IMG/VR virus record: IMGVR_UViG_3300026484_000600
Length of the DNA stretch: 64,000 bases
From: a virus
Taxonomy: Duplodnaviria > Heunggongvirae > Uroviricota > Caudoviricetes
Direction: 5' to 3' (one strand)
Positions 8,476 to 18,498 of this stretch are shown here, in pieces (the first letter of the stretch is position 1; every line of letters starts with the position of its first letter). The notes under the pieces were generated by a model. It saw nothing but the letters and a program-made list of their open reading frames with translations, was not told the origin of the DNA and did no database searches. A program made the translations under genes and the position numbers.

Positions 8476-8917
8476 AGTTGCTCCTTAGTAATTGATTTAT
8501 TTTATTGAATCTATCATTGATTTTTGTAACAATCAAACGTTGGTTTTGAGAAATTGGTGGTATTTCATTTAAATTAAACCATTTCAATTCAAAAACCTCT
8601 CGTTTATCTAATTTAATTCGATTATATAAATATTTATCCCAATGAATAAAGTATAGTTCAATATTTTTCTTTTTATTATTTTGTTTGACGGAAAAATCTA
8701 AATCTTCTTTAGCGATCGATATACCTATTTCTTCCTGAACTTCTCTCAAACAACATTCAATTTTAGTTTCGTTTGGTTCAATTTTTCCTTTAATGAAATC
8801 AAAATTGTCATTTTTTCTAGATGATTTCATTAAAAGAATAGAGACGCCGTTGTTAGATAGTAAATAAGGTATAATTCCAATGGATATAGGTTTCATATGG
8901 TTCACTTTATATAGCAT
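8468..8917 (-). CDS. Nudix hydrolase
   Basis: Nudix box GKIEPNETKIECCLREVQEEIGI (Gx5Ex7REUxEExGU). Confidence 0.7.
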   Translation of the reverse strand: MLYKVNHMKPISIGIIPYLLSNNGVSILLMKSSRKNDNFDFIKGKIEPNETKIECCLREVQEEIGISIAKEDLDFSVKQNNKKKNIELYFIHWDKYLYNRIKLDKREVFELKWFNLNEIPPISQNQRLIVTKINDRFNKINQLLRSNYV

Positions 8918-9185
8918 TATTAGTACGGTTTAATGTTTTGTGCGCAAGTTTTATAAACTCAAATGACACATCATCAGGATGAATTTTAAAACCATATTCA
9001 TCTTCAAATTTTTTAGTCCATAAACTATAATGATTTCTTAATTCCATACCTAAACTAAAATGGTATATTATTAAATCGTTTTCATCGGTATTAATAAAAT
9101 CATTTAGTGGTTTAAAATCTTTAAGGTCATCTGATAGTAGAAGTTTCACAACCTCTACTAAATCTTCTGGAGGATTAGAAATCAT
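8907..9185 (-). CDS. Hypothetical protein
   Basis: 92-aa ORF, operon context. Confidence 0.4.
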   Translation of the reverse strand: MISNPPEDLVEVVKLLLSDDLKDFKPLNDFINTDENDLIIYHFSLGMELRNHYSLWTKKFEDEYGFKIHPDDVSFEFIKLAHKTLNRTNNAI

Positions 9186-10324
9186 TTATATTTCCTAGTA
9201 ATAATTTCCACTTTGTCGTCTGAAAATTGAGTAAGTTTTTCAGTCCAAGTAATAATTCTAGAGCGTTCTACAAATTCATTTTGAGCATAATCCATAGTTC
9301 CTTCAGAAATAGGTTTCAGGTATTTTTCTTTTTTAACTAAAATACCGTATTTAAATTTATCTTCGACTTCTTCCCAATCTTTACCAGTAGTTTCTTTACA
9401 GTATTTGACCTGTTCAAGACCATTTTTTCCTAATAGAGATTTATGAGAACAGTATGTTTGAGCATACATTGATCTAGAGTTCTTCTCAGAATCTCGAATT
9501 CGCCACATGATACTATTAAATGCTTCTTCTTTGGATGATACACCATAAACTCTGGCATCAAACCATGCATTGCCTACTTTTTCTTCCATAGTTTTAATGT
9601 ATTTCATAATATCTGGATTATTGGTATCAATTTCTCTATTTTCTAATTTTTGATCATATTCTTCAAACTTTTTTTCTAAAAAATTAGAAAAATGCTTATT
9701 AAACTGCATAGTAGTATAGGCCGCTATTAAAGAAGTTAATTTCTGAATTCTACCACCAAAAATCTGTTCATTTGTTGTCTCTACTTTTTTAATAATATAT
9801 TTTGATAGTACTTCTAATGATTTAGTTTCTGTTTGTATGTTTCTATTTTGCCAACAACATCGATCTATAATTTCGTCATTAGTATCAGAAACTATCCAAA
9901 AGTTGATACTAAAATATTTATCCTCCGTATCTTCATAAATTATATCTAATGAGCCAAGTAAGTTATACTCTTTATCATAAACTTTATATGATACTTCTTC
10001 TTCATCATTAAGAAAAAATAAATCTTTAACTTCAATAGGTATTAATCTTTCTTTGAATTGAGGAGCAAATACTAATGAAATTTCATCTGATTGTGTGTAA
10101 CCTGTTACTGCTCCAAATTTTTCAACGAGATTTTTGGTTGTTTCTTCCATTGTATTAGATAATATGTCATCAAATGGTTTTTTCATACCTTTTGTGTATT
10201 TACTAAATTTATGACCATCGATTCTACAAATGATAAAATCTCTTGGATCAATTACTGATTCAAATTCTTTTTCATAACCTTTAAGCCTAGTTCCTAAAGA
10301 TTCCTCTCTCATACTTTTTTTCAC
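9182..10324 (-). CDS. Thg1-like protein (tRNA-His guanylyltransferase family, 3'-5' polymerase) with a C-terminal extension
   Basis: The N-terminal 250 aa track Thg1: FIICRIDGHKFSKYTK (the RIDGxxFxxF motif), KPFDD, GYTQSDEISLVF (Thg1 GESDEYSF). 380 aa total, about 130 aa longer than Thg1. Confidence 0.7.
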   Translation of the reverse strand: MKKSMREESLGTRLKGYEKEFESVIDPRDFIICRIDGHKFSKYTKGMKKPFDDILSNTMEETTKNLVEKFGAVTGYTQSDEISLVFAPQFKERLIPIEVKDLFFLNDEEEVSYKVYDKEYNLLGSLDIIYEDTEDKYFSINFWIVSDTNDEIIDRCCWQNRNIQTETKSLEVLSKYIIKKVETTNEQIFGGRIQKLTSLIAAYTTMQFNKHFSNFLEKKFEEYDQKLENREIDTNNPDIMKYIKTMEEKVGNAWFDARVYGVSSKEEAFNSIMWRIRDSEKNSRSMYAQTYCSHKSLLGKNGLEQVKYCKETTGKDWEEVEDKFKYGILVKKEKYLKPISEGTMDYAQNEFVERSRIITWTEKLTQFSDDKVEIITRKYK

Positions 10325-10333
10325 AGTTATCCT

Positions 10334-10537
10334 TTACCAAGTATTTTCTTCTTGTTCCTCTAAAAGACGTTCATACATTAAATCTATCTCATCTTTAACT
10401 TGTTTAAATGAAACCTTTTCAACCATATTAATTTTTTTTGTAAAACGTATAAAACCTTCTAGGGTTTTATATTCGTTAAATTTTGTATTTAGGTTTTCTA
10501 CTAAATTGTTTAATTTTGTCAATTCATTATGTGTCAT
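10334..10537 (-). CDS. Hypothetical protein
   Basis: 67-aa ORF, operon context. Confidence 0.35.
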   Translation of the reverse strand: MTHNELTKLNNLVENLNTKFNEYKTLEGFIRFTKKINMVEKVSFKQVKDEIDLMYERLLEEQEENTW

Positions 10538-10550
10538 ACTATTTCCTTTT

Positions 10551-10871
10551 TTATATAATTATTTTTAATAATTTTGATATTTTATTTGAAATTTCTATTT
10601 TATTATTTTCAACAAATTCAAATATTAGGATATTCAGCCACGTTTTGCTGGTTTCCACCTCATTTATTTTTATAAATGATTTATTATCTTCTTCTATTAA
10701 TTCATAAGATTTAATATCAATATCTAAGGGTTTATCTTCACCAAGTAATAAAATGGATAATTTTATGGATTTACTATCTGGATCTATTTTGATATTTAAC
10801 ATATGTCCTATCCTTTGTATTTTAAAATTAATAAACGTAGATATAAATTTTAATTTTAAATTATTTAACAT
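10551..10871 (-). CDS. Hypothetical protein
   Basis: 106-aa ORF. Confidence 0.35.
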   Translation of the reverse strand: MLNNLKLKFISTFINFKIQRIGHMLNIKIDPDSKSIKLSILLLGEDKPLDIDIKSYELIEEDNKSFIKINEVETSKTWLNILIFEFVENNKIEISNKISKLLKIII

Positions 10872-10900
10872 AATGTATTATAATGTAATTATACTTAAAA

Positions 10901-11239
10901 TTATATAAAAAGTTCTGGATTTGATTTTGAAAGAGAATTTAATATAGATTCTGCCGTTGTTAATTTTTGTATTTCTGATTTATATTGGTCTTCAATAAAT
11001 TTTTTCCGTTTATTATAAATATCTTTATAAATTTTCCAACCTTCACTTAAACTATCAGTTAAGATATACCCAGATGCTTTACTAGGATATGGGTGTTTAC
11101 TGTCATCATCCCAATATACAAATTTTTTACTTAGTTTTTTAATTTTAAAAACTGGTAAAGCTAAATGTGAATATACGGCATATAACTCAATATTTTCTCT
11201 ACGAGCAATAGTTAATTTTTCTCTATCAGTATAAATCAT
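10901..11239 (-). CDS. Hypothetical protein
   Basis: 112-aa ORF. Confidence 0.35.
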   Translation of the reverse strand: MIYTDREKLTIARRENIELYAVYSHLALPVFKIKKLSKKFVYWDDDSKHPYPSKASGYILTDSLSEGWKIYKDIYNKRKKFIEDQYKSEIQKLTTAESILNSLSKSNPELFI

Positions 11240-11408
11240 TATTTTTTTCAGATTTTTTTCTTGGGTCTAAATTAAACAATAAGTTGTCATATGCATTTTG
11301 TAAACTTTCAGCATAGCTATCCCATACATCTAAAGAATTTATTTTATTATTAAGTGATAAAAGTTTCTCTTCCCATTCTTTATATTCTTTTGTATCTTCA
11401 ATTTTCAT
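11226..11408 (-). CDS. Hypothetical protein
   Basis: 60-aa ORF overlapping its downstream neighbour. Confidence 0.3.
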   Translation of the reverse strand: MKIEDTKEYKEWEEKLLSLNNKINSLDVWDSYAESLQNAYDNLLFNLDPRKKSEKNNDLY

Positions 11409-11559
11409 AATGTCCTCTTTTTATTTTATTTTTGATTAAATTCATTTCTAAACCGATGATCAATCCATTAAAATCAGTAACTATTCTACCACTAGAATCT
11501 TCTAGTGGCGATAAATATAATTTTTTATTATCAAATTTATCTATCATGACCGTAATGTA

Positions 11560-12534
11560 TTAATAGATACCTATTTGAGTACGAGTAAGATTTGTTGTTC
11601 CGTTTCTCTTGTAACCAAGACTTTCATATCTACTAATTACATTGGCTACTTTTTGAGCACTATCAATATCAGTTGCAACCATACTAAAAAGTTTAGATTT
11701 GAACCAAGCTTTTCTCTCATCTGGAACATTAAGTGTGCCAAGGTAAATACCCATAATAGTATCTACTTCTTTGTAACTTGCTCCTAGTTGAGCTTCATCA
11801 GTATCATCTTCAGTAACCATAAGACCATCTGATGGTGGTTGGGAAATAATATCTTCTCTAACTCCAAGAGCTTTAGCGATTGCTGGAAGCTCAAAACCCT
11901 TACCAATATTTTGGATTGGTCCAAAGTCACCAACATCACCACAAATAGTCCAAAAACCCATTTGAAATTCTGAAAGGTTGTCTGTTGAAAGTACCATACC
12001 ATTTGTCTTTCTAGCAAGGTCATAAAGAGTAATCATTCTAAGTCTTGCTTTAATATTACCTTCAAGTATATTAGTTGGAAACTCTTTCGTTTTAAACCCC
12101 GCTTTCTCAGCAAGTTTATCGGTCATTGAAACGGTATTAAATACTTCCGACATCATATTAGTAGGGTCATCAAATGCTTCTGCTTCTCCACTTGTAAAGT
12201 AATCTGCATCCCAACTTTTGAATTCTTCAAAAGCCGTACAATAGTTATCTCCAACCCATTGAGCTTGTTCTTTGTGTTCATTACTTGAACTCATTGGAAT
12301 AGATATACCAATTAGAGGTACTCCTGTAAATTCTTCTTGACAAAGTGCTGCAACAACGGCACTATCAAGACCACCACTTACTCCAAGAACAAGTGATTTA
12401 AGGTTGTTCCTTTTAACATAATTTTTAACTTGTGCTCTAATATTTGAAATGACCATATTCGCCTTTTGTGTACTAGGCGTAGTTATTTCGTCTATTTTAG
12501 TTACTAGATCATTAAACGATTTGATATTATTCAT
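11560..12534 (-). CDS. nadE: NH3-dependent NAD+ synthetase
   Basis: PP-loop ATP pyrophosphatase motif LVLGVSGGLDSAVVAALC. Length and overall pattern match NadE. Confidence 0.8.
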   Translation of the reverse strand: MNNIKSFNDLVTKIDEITTPSTQKANMVISNIRAQVKNYVKRNNLKSLVLGVSGGLDSAVVAALCQEEFTGVPLIGISIPMSSSNEHKEQAQWVGDNYCTAFEEFKSWDADYFTSGEAEAFDDPTNMMSEVFNTVSMTDKLAEKAGFKTKEFPTNILEGNIKARLRMITLYDLARKTNGMVLSTDNLSEFQMGFWTICGDVGDFGPIQNIGKGFELPAIAKALGVREDIISQPPSDGLMVTEDDTDEAQLGASYKEVDTIMGIYLGTLNVPDERKAWFKSKLFSMVATDIDSAQKVANVISRYESLGYKRNGTTNLTRTQIGIY

Positions 12535-13435
12535 AATTCTGTACCTCTACTTTTTGTTTTTTGTTTTTAAGATAATCTTGCACAAACCATAATTGCCCAC
12601 ATCCGCCGCCAATATCATCTTGTCCAGCAGGATCAAATATTCTAGTATTATATCCGTCCGTTAAAAATGATTTTTCAAAATCTCTAATAGTATCTAAATT
12701 TCTACATGCACTATCTTTCATTGTTTCATCAGCTTCACAAATAACACTAAATGTGAAATTAAAAACAACTGGTGAAAATAAGTTTTTGAGATTATCTATA
12801 TCTGAAATAGAATTATTTGTTCCATCAACACAATAATTCAGATAAACTTTTCTACCTGTTTCTTTATTCCAAAGAATACCTCTATCTCTGATTTCTCTAA
12901 GAGTGTATTTCTTTTTAAATGGAATCAAGTCATTTCTTTCATCGTCATTTGATTTATGAATGCTAAACTGCAAACCCACTTTGTTAATTTCGGTTGATAA
13001 TTCGATAAAATCATTAAAAACCTCATCATTATCAATACCGATAGTTGAAATTAATAGATCGGCATTAGGATAAAGTTTATTCAATTTAATGATAGCCTCT
13101 TTAACGTTTTCATAATTAAGAAATGGTTCTCCCATACTCATAAACATTATTTGTAGTTTTTCACATCGACTGTTTATATCTTCAATATTTTTATCTTTAA
13201 AAATAGTTGTTATCTGTTCAACTATTTGATCCGACGAAATATTTTTTAAGAAATTTTTACCAGTCCCACAAAAGGTACATCCAACAGGACAACCACTTTG
13301 TACAGAACAACAAATAACAGTTCTTTTATCGAATGAACCATATTTATATAGCACACTTTCTAAAACTATTTCATCATCATTAAAAATATATTTCCAAACA
13401 TTCTCTTCTGAACTTTCTATTACTTTCATGATCAT
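12527..13435 (-). CDS. Radical SAM enzyme of the RlmN/Cfr family (rRNA/tRNA adenine C-methyltransferase-like), N-terminally truncated
   Basis: ICCSVQSGCPVGCTFCGTG matches RlmN CVSSQVGCALECKFCSTA (CxxxCxxC), with the following ISSDQIVEQI (RlmN VSEIIGQV). The C-terminal GGGCGQL matches the RlmN catalytic AACGQL. 302 aa versus about 380 for RlmN. Confidence 0.65.
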   Translation of the reverse strand: MIMKVIESSEENVWKYIFNDDEIVLESVLYKYGSFDKRTVICCSVQSGCPVGCTFCGTGKNFLKNISSDQIVEQITTIFKDKNIEDINSRCEKLQIMFMSMGEPFLNYENVKEAIIKLNKLYPNADLLISTIGIDNDEVFNDFIELSTEINKVGLQFSIHKSNDDERNDLIPFKKKYTLREIRDRGILWNKETGRKVYLNYCVDGTNNSISDIDNLKNLFSPVVFNFTFSVICEADETMKDSACRNLDTIRDFEKSFLTDGYNTRIFDPAGQDDIGGGCGQLWFVQDYLKNKKQKVEVQNYE

Positions 13436-14070
13436 TTTGCATCTCCAGAAAAGGTTACGCCTCTATTTTTCATAATATTAATATTTGTTTGGAAACTATC
13501 ATCTATTGATCCATCTGGAAATGATTTTATTCCTTCAACAGCATCCGAAAGAATATTAACTGTATAACCATTTTTGATTAAACCCATAACATTCATAAAT
13601 ACACAGTAATTTGTGGCTACACCCACAATGTCTATAATTGTTTCCTCTGGTTTAAAGGTATTTGTAAAAATAGATTTAAAGTTTGAATTTCCTTGCCAAA
13701 TATCAAAAACATCTTTTGTAAAAAACATTTCCGAATCAACTATAAATGTGTTAAATGGTATAGTTCCTTTATTGCCTCCACCATTTGCAATAAAGTTATC
13801 CCAATTTTTATATCTTGGTTTAATTTTATAAAAATTCCATCCAGTCGTCCCAAATTCACAATGAATTGAAGGAAAAATTTTAGATTCATCAGAACCACTA
13901 TATTTATCAGATGTGTGTGTATCAAAAGTATAAATTACATTTTCATATGATTCATCATGGATATAAGATTGGATATTATCAACTAATTTATCAGCATTAG
14001 GTACTGATAGAGCCCCTGTTGGGCTAGCAAAGTCAAATTGGTAGTCTACTACTATAAGTATTTTTTTCAT
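13432..14070 (-). CDS. pncA: Nicotinamidase / isochorismatase-family hydrolase (PncA-like)
   Basis: N-terminal IVVDYQFDF (catalytic Asp). Catalytic Cys context VGVATNYCV. Confidence 0.65.
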   Translation of the reverse strand: MKKILIVVDYQFDFASPTGALSVPNADKLVDNIQSYIHDESYENVIYTFDTHTSDKYSGSDESKIFPSIHCEFGTTGWNFYKIKPRYKNWDNFIANGGGNKGTIPFNTFIVDSEMFFTKDVFDIWQGNSNFKSIFTNTFKPEETIIDIVGVATNYCVFMNVMGLIKNGYTVNILSDAVEGIKSFPDGSIDDSFQTNINIMKNRGVTFSGDAK

Positions 14071-14151
14071 ATTAGTTCTCCTTAGTTATTCGTTCTAACT
14101 TATGTTAGATTCAATAACAGTTTTAATAATACACTAAGTGTGTTTTTATTT

Positions 14152-14171
14152 ATATTATATTATACAAAAAA
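14152..14171 (-). promoter_or_regulatory. Recurring extended -10 promoter-like motif (TTTTTGTATAATA on the minus strand)
   Basis: + strand tattatattatacaaaaaat equals minus-strand TTTTTGTATAATATAATA, upstream of the pncA-nadE operon. Confidence 0.35.
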
Positions 14172-14204
14172 TATACTTAAATATAAATAAAGAAAAATAA
14201 GTGA

Positions 14205-14597
14205 GTGAGTAATAAAATGTCTAAAAATAAAGAAATTAGTGATTCATTATTTGATAAATTTAATAAAATGACAAATACGGTTGTTGCCTTATATAGTTTT
14301 TTATCTTTTATTATTACGATTGGTATTGGTGGATATATTAGTTATGAAGGGATATTAGATAGTATATCGGAAAATACTGAACGAATAGAAATCACCCAAA
14401 TGATGATATTAAAAGATATAGTGCGTCGTTCTGAACATAATCCTTGTGCAGTAAGTGATACGGAATGGGATGAGTATTTGGAAAATTATAGTACTTTACA
14501 GTCTCTTAAAAAAAAATATAAAAAAATAAGTAGGAACGCTAAATGGGAACCGATAGAAAGATTAATGGAGGATACTGAACAATGCAAAAGATACTAG
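14205..14597 (+). CDS. Hypothetical membrane protein
   Basis: 130 aa with one TM segment (VVALYSFLSFIITIGIGGYISY). Confidence 0.4.
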   Translation: MSNKMSKNKEISDSLFDKFNKMTNTVVALYSFLSFIITIGIGGYISYEGILDSISENTERIEITQMMILKDIVRRSEHNPCAVSDTEWDEYLENYSTLQSLKKKYKKISRNAKWEPIERLMEDTEQCKRY

Positions 14598-14920
14598 TAA
14601 TATTACTTAGTATAACAATTTTAAATGCTGATAATCATTGGAGTAATATATCCGATGAGATTTCATACATCGAAAATAAAATATTGATAGTTGATCAAAG
14701 AAATATTAAGCAAACATGTTTGACATATAAAAAAGAAGTAATACGTTTTTTATATAAAATCAATAATGTAAAATCGTATGAATTACAAAATAGATATTTA
14801 GAAATATCAAATCAATTTTTAAAAAAGTATGATACTTGTGTGAATGATTCGTTAAAAAATAAAGTTTACAAAGGTTATCGAATAAACCCTTTAATATCGG
14901 ATGATAATCATATTAGATGA
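14582..14920 (+). CDS. Hypothetical secreted or lipo-protein
   Basis: The N-terminus MQKILVILLSITILNA looks like a signal peptide. 112 aa. Confidence 0.4.
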   Translation: MQKILVILLSITILNADNHWSNISDEISYIENKILIVDQRNIKQTCLTYKKEVIRFLYKINNVKSYELQNRYLEISNQFLKKYDTCVNDSLKNKVYKGYRINPLISDDNHIR

Positions 14921-15195
14921 AATTTCATCCGATAAATATACAAATCATGTTACCATAGTGATTTGACTTCTATTTTTTCTTTTTATACCATTTTATTATA
15001 TAGGAGATTATTATTAAACTCATAAATCGCCTCCTAAATCAAAGATATTTTTTATAGAAGATTCAATAAATGAATTTACGTAAATAATATCCGAGTAAAA
15101 ATAAAATTTAAATAAGATCTACTAATTGAATGTAACATAATTATCTCCTTCTGTCGATATGACTAATTATTTATTAAAATTATACAAAAATGTTA

Positions 15196-17886
15196 TTATA
15201 ATCTTGGGTCGACACTTTCTTCTTTTTCATTTTCAAATAATAGATTGGCTATAATTTGTATTTGTTCTTTACTACCCATAGGAGCTTTAAGCATTTCTTC
15301 TCCTAATTTATACTCTGATATAGAAAGTCTTAATTTTTTAGAAATATTTTTTTGATTTAATAATCTATTAAATTTAATAGGGAATTTATAATCGTATCCA
15401 TAAATAATAGAAAGATATTCTTCATTTCTCACTTTTAAATATGGTGCAATCCAAGACTCTAATAATTTCACTTCGGGTTTTATTACGCAACCCTCCATAT
15501 TTTGATTTCGCACCAAATTATCATACCATTTTTCAGCTTTAATCAAATAATTTTTATCATCAAAATCAACAATATGTATATTATCTGAATTTAATAATTT
15601 AAAGTGTTTACTAGGAGTTAAATCCAAATTAATTATATTATTGTTTGATATTGCTTTCAATAATCTAAAACCTTTAAAATCAGTATTTGTATCTTCTCCA
15701 TAAAGGGTTATTTGTTTATTAAAAATTTTCCAAGCTTTTTTGTGGTCACTTAAAGGTATAAATCTATCAATTTCAAATTTTAAATCTTTATAAGAGTGAT
15801 ACTTGTGTCCATATTTTTTAACCAACTCTTTTTTAGCTAAAATATTCTTATCTTTTAAAAATTCTGATTTGTTAAATTCATCCTTTAAACTTATAAAAGC
15901 CTTATCAAATCCATTATCAAACAGAAAGTCAATTTCTGTTTGAATAGCTATATCCGCAGTCTTAAAATGGGTATCAATCAAACCTTTTCCTAAAAGAGCC
16001 CATGGTAATAATTCGCCATCTATAATTATCTCATCAGCATTATACATATCAAAAATATGCTTGTATTCTACTAATTTAGATGAGAATAATTCGGTTAAAT
16101 CTTCTCTTATTTTATATCCATTTCTACTTGTAGCATAACATTTTTTAATATTATCTTTAAAGAGATATAGTTGTGCTCTGGAACCCATATATTTAGGTTG
16201 TAGCACTACACTATCTACTTTATCCTTAAAATAATTGAGACCCATTTCTAAAGATTCTAGTGAATTATTTTCGATATTTTTATTTGTAGGGGAAATAGTA
16301 CCTCCTATATAACCTATACCATTTTTTACTATGTAATCTAATCTTCTTTGGTTATATGGATTTAAATCTTCAATAGATACTTCTTTCATAGCTTTACCTA
16401 TATCTTCAAACAGATTATTTCCAAAGTCGTTTCTTGCACTCTTAGGAGATAATGATTTTACACTTTGAATAAATGCTTTGCCATAACCTATACTATATCC
16501 AGTTAATTTTCCACCATATACACAACCTGTATCAATACAAACCTTATTTTTAAAAGATCTAACAGATGACTGACCCATATGACCGAATATATGAACCGGA
16601 TGGTTATTAATTGCTTCTTCTTTCAAATATGATGTTAATTCATCATTAGTCTTATCTTTGTTTTTACTTCTACTAGCACATTTATATTGGTGTTTTAATG
16701 AAATTCGATCCATCTTTTCAAGATATTTAACTTCACATGGTGCATGAGTAACTATAAAGCCTCTTTTATTTAATCCTATAAATTTAACCCATCCTTTCAT
16801 ATTATGAAAAATATCTAAAAACATAGATTTTAGCTCTTCATTTTTCTCTAGTAAAATTGCTGTATTATAGTATCTTTTTTTCTGATCTAATCGTTCTGGA
16901 GTAATTTCTAAATCTTTGTGATTTGTTATCCATTTCCAAACCATCTCTTCATGATTGCCCAATATTAATTGAAATCGATCTTGAAATTTTATCATATTTT
17001 TGTGTATGAATTTTATAGTTTCAGTTAAATCTTCTTCTGATGATTTATCTATTAAATCACCTGCAAAAATTAGTCCTATATTTTTTGTTTTAACAGTATC
17101 TATAATTTCATTGTCTTTAATTATAAAACCATATTTTTCAAGTAATTGTTTTAATTCTTGAATACATCCATGAACATCACCAATAGTAATCCAATCATAA
17201 GTACTATTTACTATTCTGTCAGTATATTTTTTCCAATCCCATACATCTACACTATAAACAGGCTTTAACATTGTAGGTGTTAAATCATATCGATTTTCCT
17301 GTTCCACTTCCAAAAGAAAATCTTTATTTTTAATTTTATGAATATTTTTATATATCCCTTTTTTTAATGTTTTTAATGTCTCCGTTTTTAATCTTTTTAT
17401 ATGTTTAGAAATAATTTTCCCATTGGTACTTGGACGTTGATATAGGCTTTCAGAAAAATTCTTTTGGTATTCATCAATATTTTTATAATCGAAAACTATA
17501 ATATCTACATTATAATTATTATCTTTTGCTATATCTAACACGTCGTTTCTAAATTTTTCGCTTAATCCGGTTGTATCTAAAATAACAAATTCTGCATTGA
17601 TTGGATAACTGGTAACAGCTCTTAATTTTGTAAATAGTATTTCGAATGCTTGTGTTGAACTCTCAGTCATAATTTCATCTATTTTACCATAGTTATAACC
17701 CAAAATATCTTTTCTAATATTATCGGAACTAATATATTGTATATTTGTCTTTAAATTATTATTAACATTGCCTTTATATTTTTGTAATGAAGGTATTAGA
17801 ATTTCATTAGCAAACGTCGTTTTACCAGAACCACTAGGTCCGACAAGCATTATTATGGTATGTACTTGGGTTTTAATTTTATTCAT
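15196..17886 (-). CDS. pnkp: Bacterial-type polynucleotide kinase-phosphatase Pnkp (kinase + metallophosphoesterase + ligase domains)
   Basis: N-terminal P-loop kinase (VGPSGSGKTTFAN). Central calcineurin-like phosphatase motifs (GDVHG, GDLIDKS, GNHE). C-terminal about 450 aa with a KYMGSR lysine motif, consistent with the Pnkp ligase domain. 896 aa. Confidence 0.7.
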   Translation of the reverse strand: MNKIKTQVHTIIMLVGPSGSGKTTFANEILIPSLQKYKGNVNNNLKTNIQYISSDNIRKDILGYNYGKIDEIMTESSTQAFEILFTKLRAVTSYPINAEFVILDTTGLSEKFRNDVLDIAKDNNYNVDIIVFDYKNIDEYQKNFSESLYQRPSTNGKIISKHIKRLKTETLKTLKKGIYKNIHKIKNKDFLLEVEQENRYDLTPTMLKPVYSVDVWDWKKYTDRIVNSTYDWITIGDVHGCIQELKQLLEKYGFIIKDNEIIDTVKTKNIGLIFAGDLIDKSSEEDLTETIKFIHKNMIKFQDRFQLILGNHEEMVWKWITNHKDLEITPERLDQKKRYYNTAILLEKNEELKSMFLDIFHNMKGWVKFIGLNKRGFIVTHAPCEVKYLEKMDRISLKHQYKCASRSKNKDKTNDELTSYLKEEAINNHPVHIFGHMGQSSVRSFKNKVCIDTGCVYGGKLTGYSIGYGKAFIQSVKSLSPKSARNDFGNNLFEDIGKAMKEVSIEDLNPYNQRRLDYIVKNGIGYIGGTISPTNKNIENNSLESLEMGLNYFKDKVDSVVLQPKYMGSRAQLYLFKDNIKKCYATSRNGYKIREDLTELFSSKLVEYKHIFDMYNADEIIIDGELLPWALLGKGLIDTHFKTADIAIQTEIDFLFDNGFDKAFISLKDEFNKSEFLKDKNILAKKELVKKYGHKYHSYKDLKFEIDRFIPLSDHKKAWKIFNKQITLYGEDTNTDFKGFRLLKAISNNNIINLDLTPSKHFKLLNSDNIHIVDFDDKNYLIKAEKWYDNLVRNQNMEGCVIKPEVKLLESWIAPYLKVRNEEYLSIIYGYDYKFPIKFNRLLNQKNISKKLRLSISEYKLGEEMLKAPMGSKEQIQIIANLLFENEKEESVDPRL

Positions 17887-17895
17887 AAGAATCCT

Positions 17896-18489
17896 TTATT
17901 TGAATGTATAACCATCTAACTGATAAATCGTTTGTATTTCGTCATCAGTCCATGATTTATATCTTTTCTTTACTACTTTTATTTTTTTATCAAGGTAGCT
18001 AGCTTTCATACTATTATAAGAATCACTAGAACCGCCTCTATCGATTAGAAGAGGTTGTTTTTCACCTTCTACTATCAAAATAAATATACTGTGGTTGTCA
18101 TTATACATAAGAGAAACATTTTTATCAAATGGTATTTCTTCATCAATTCGTTCTGAATGATAATAGTCATGAATTGCAGGGGATATAGCAAATGGGTAAA
18201 AAATCCCAATTAATATTATTGGCAAACCAATAATAGCAAACCAATTATAATATGCTTCATTATCCCAATGTAAATCATAATTATATTTTGAGTGTTCATT
18301 TATTCCCACATAAATAAAATGTGCAATAACGCCTATAATTAGGAATGATAAATATACTCCCCAACTACCATCCGAAAACCATGTTATAATGCCTATAACC
18401 AATGTTATGATAAATGGTATTGTGTATAGTTTTGTTCTTAGTAACGATTTGGTTTTAAACTTAGATGTTACATTGCTTTTGATATTCAT
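17896..18489 (-). CDS. Membrane protein of unknown function, encoded between hen1 and pnkp
   Basis: 197 aa with three to four predicted TM helices. Confidence 0.45.
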   Translation of the reverse strand: MNIKSNVTSKFKTKSLLRTKLYTIPFIITLVIGIITWFSDGSWGVYLSFLIIGVIAHFIYVGINEHSKYNYDLHWDNEAYYNWFAIIGLPIILIGIFYPFAISPAIHDYYHSERIDEEIPFDKNVSLMYNDNHSIFILIVEGEKQPLLIDRGGSSDSYNSMKASYLDKKIKVVKKRYKSWTDDEIQTIYQLDGYTFK

Positions 18490-18498
18490 TACAAGCCT

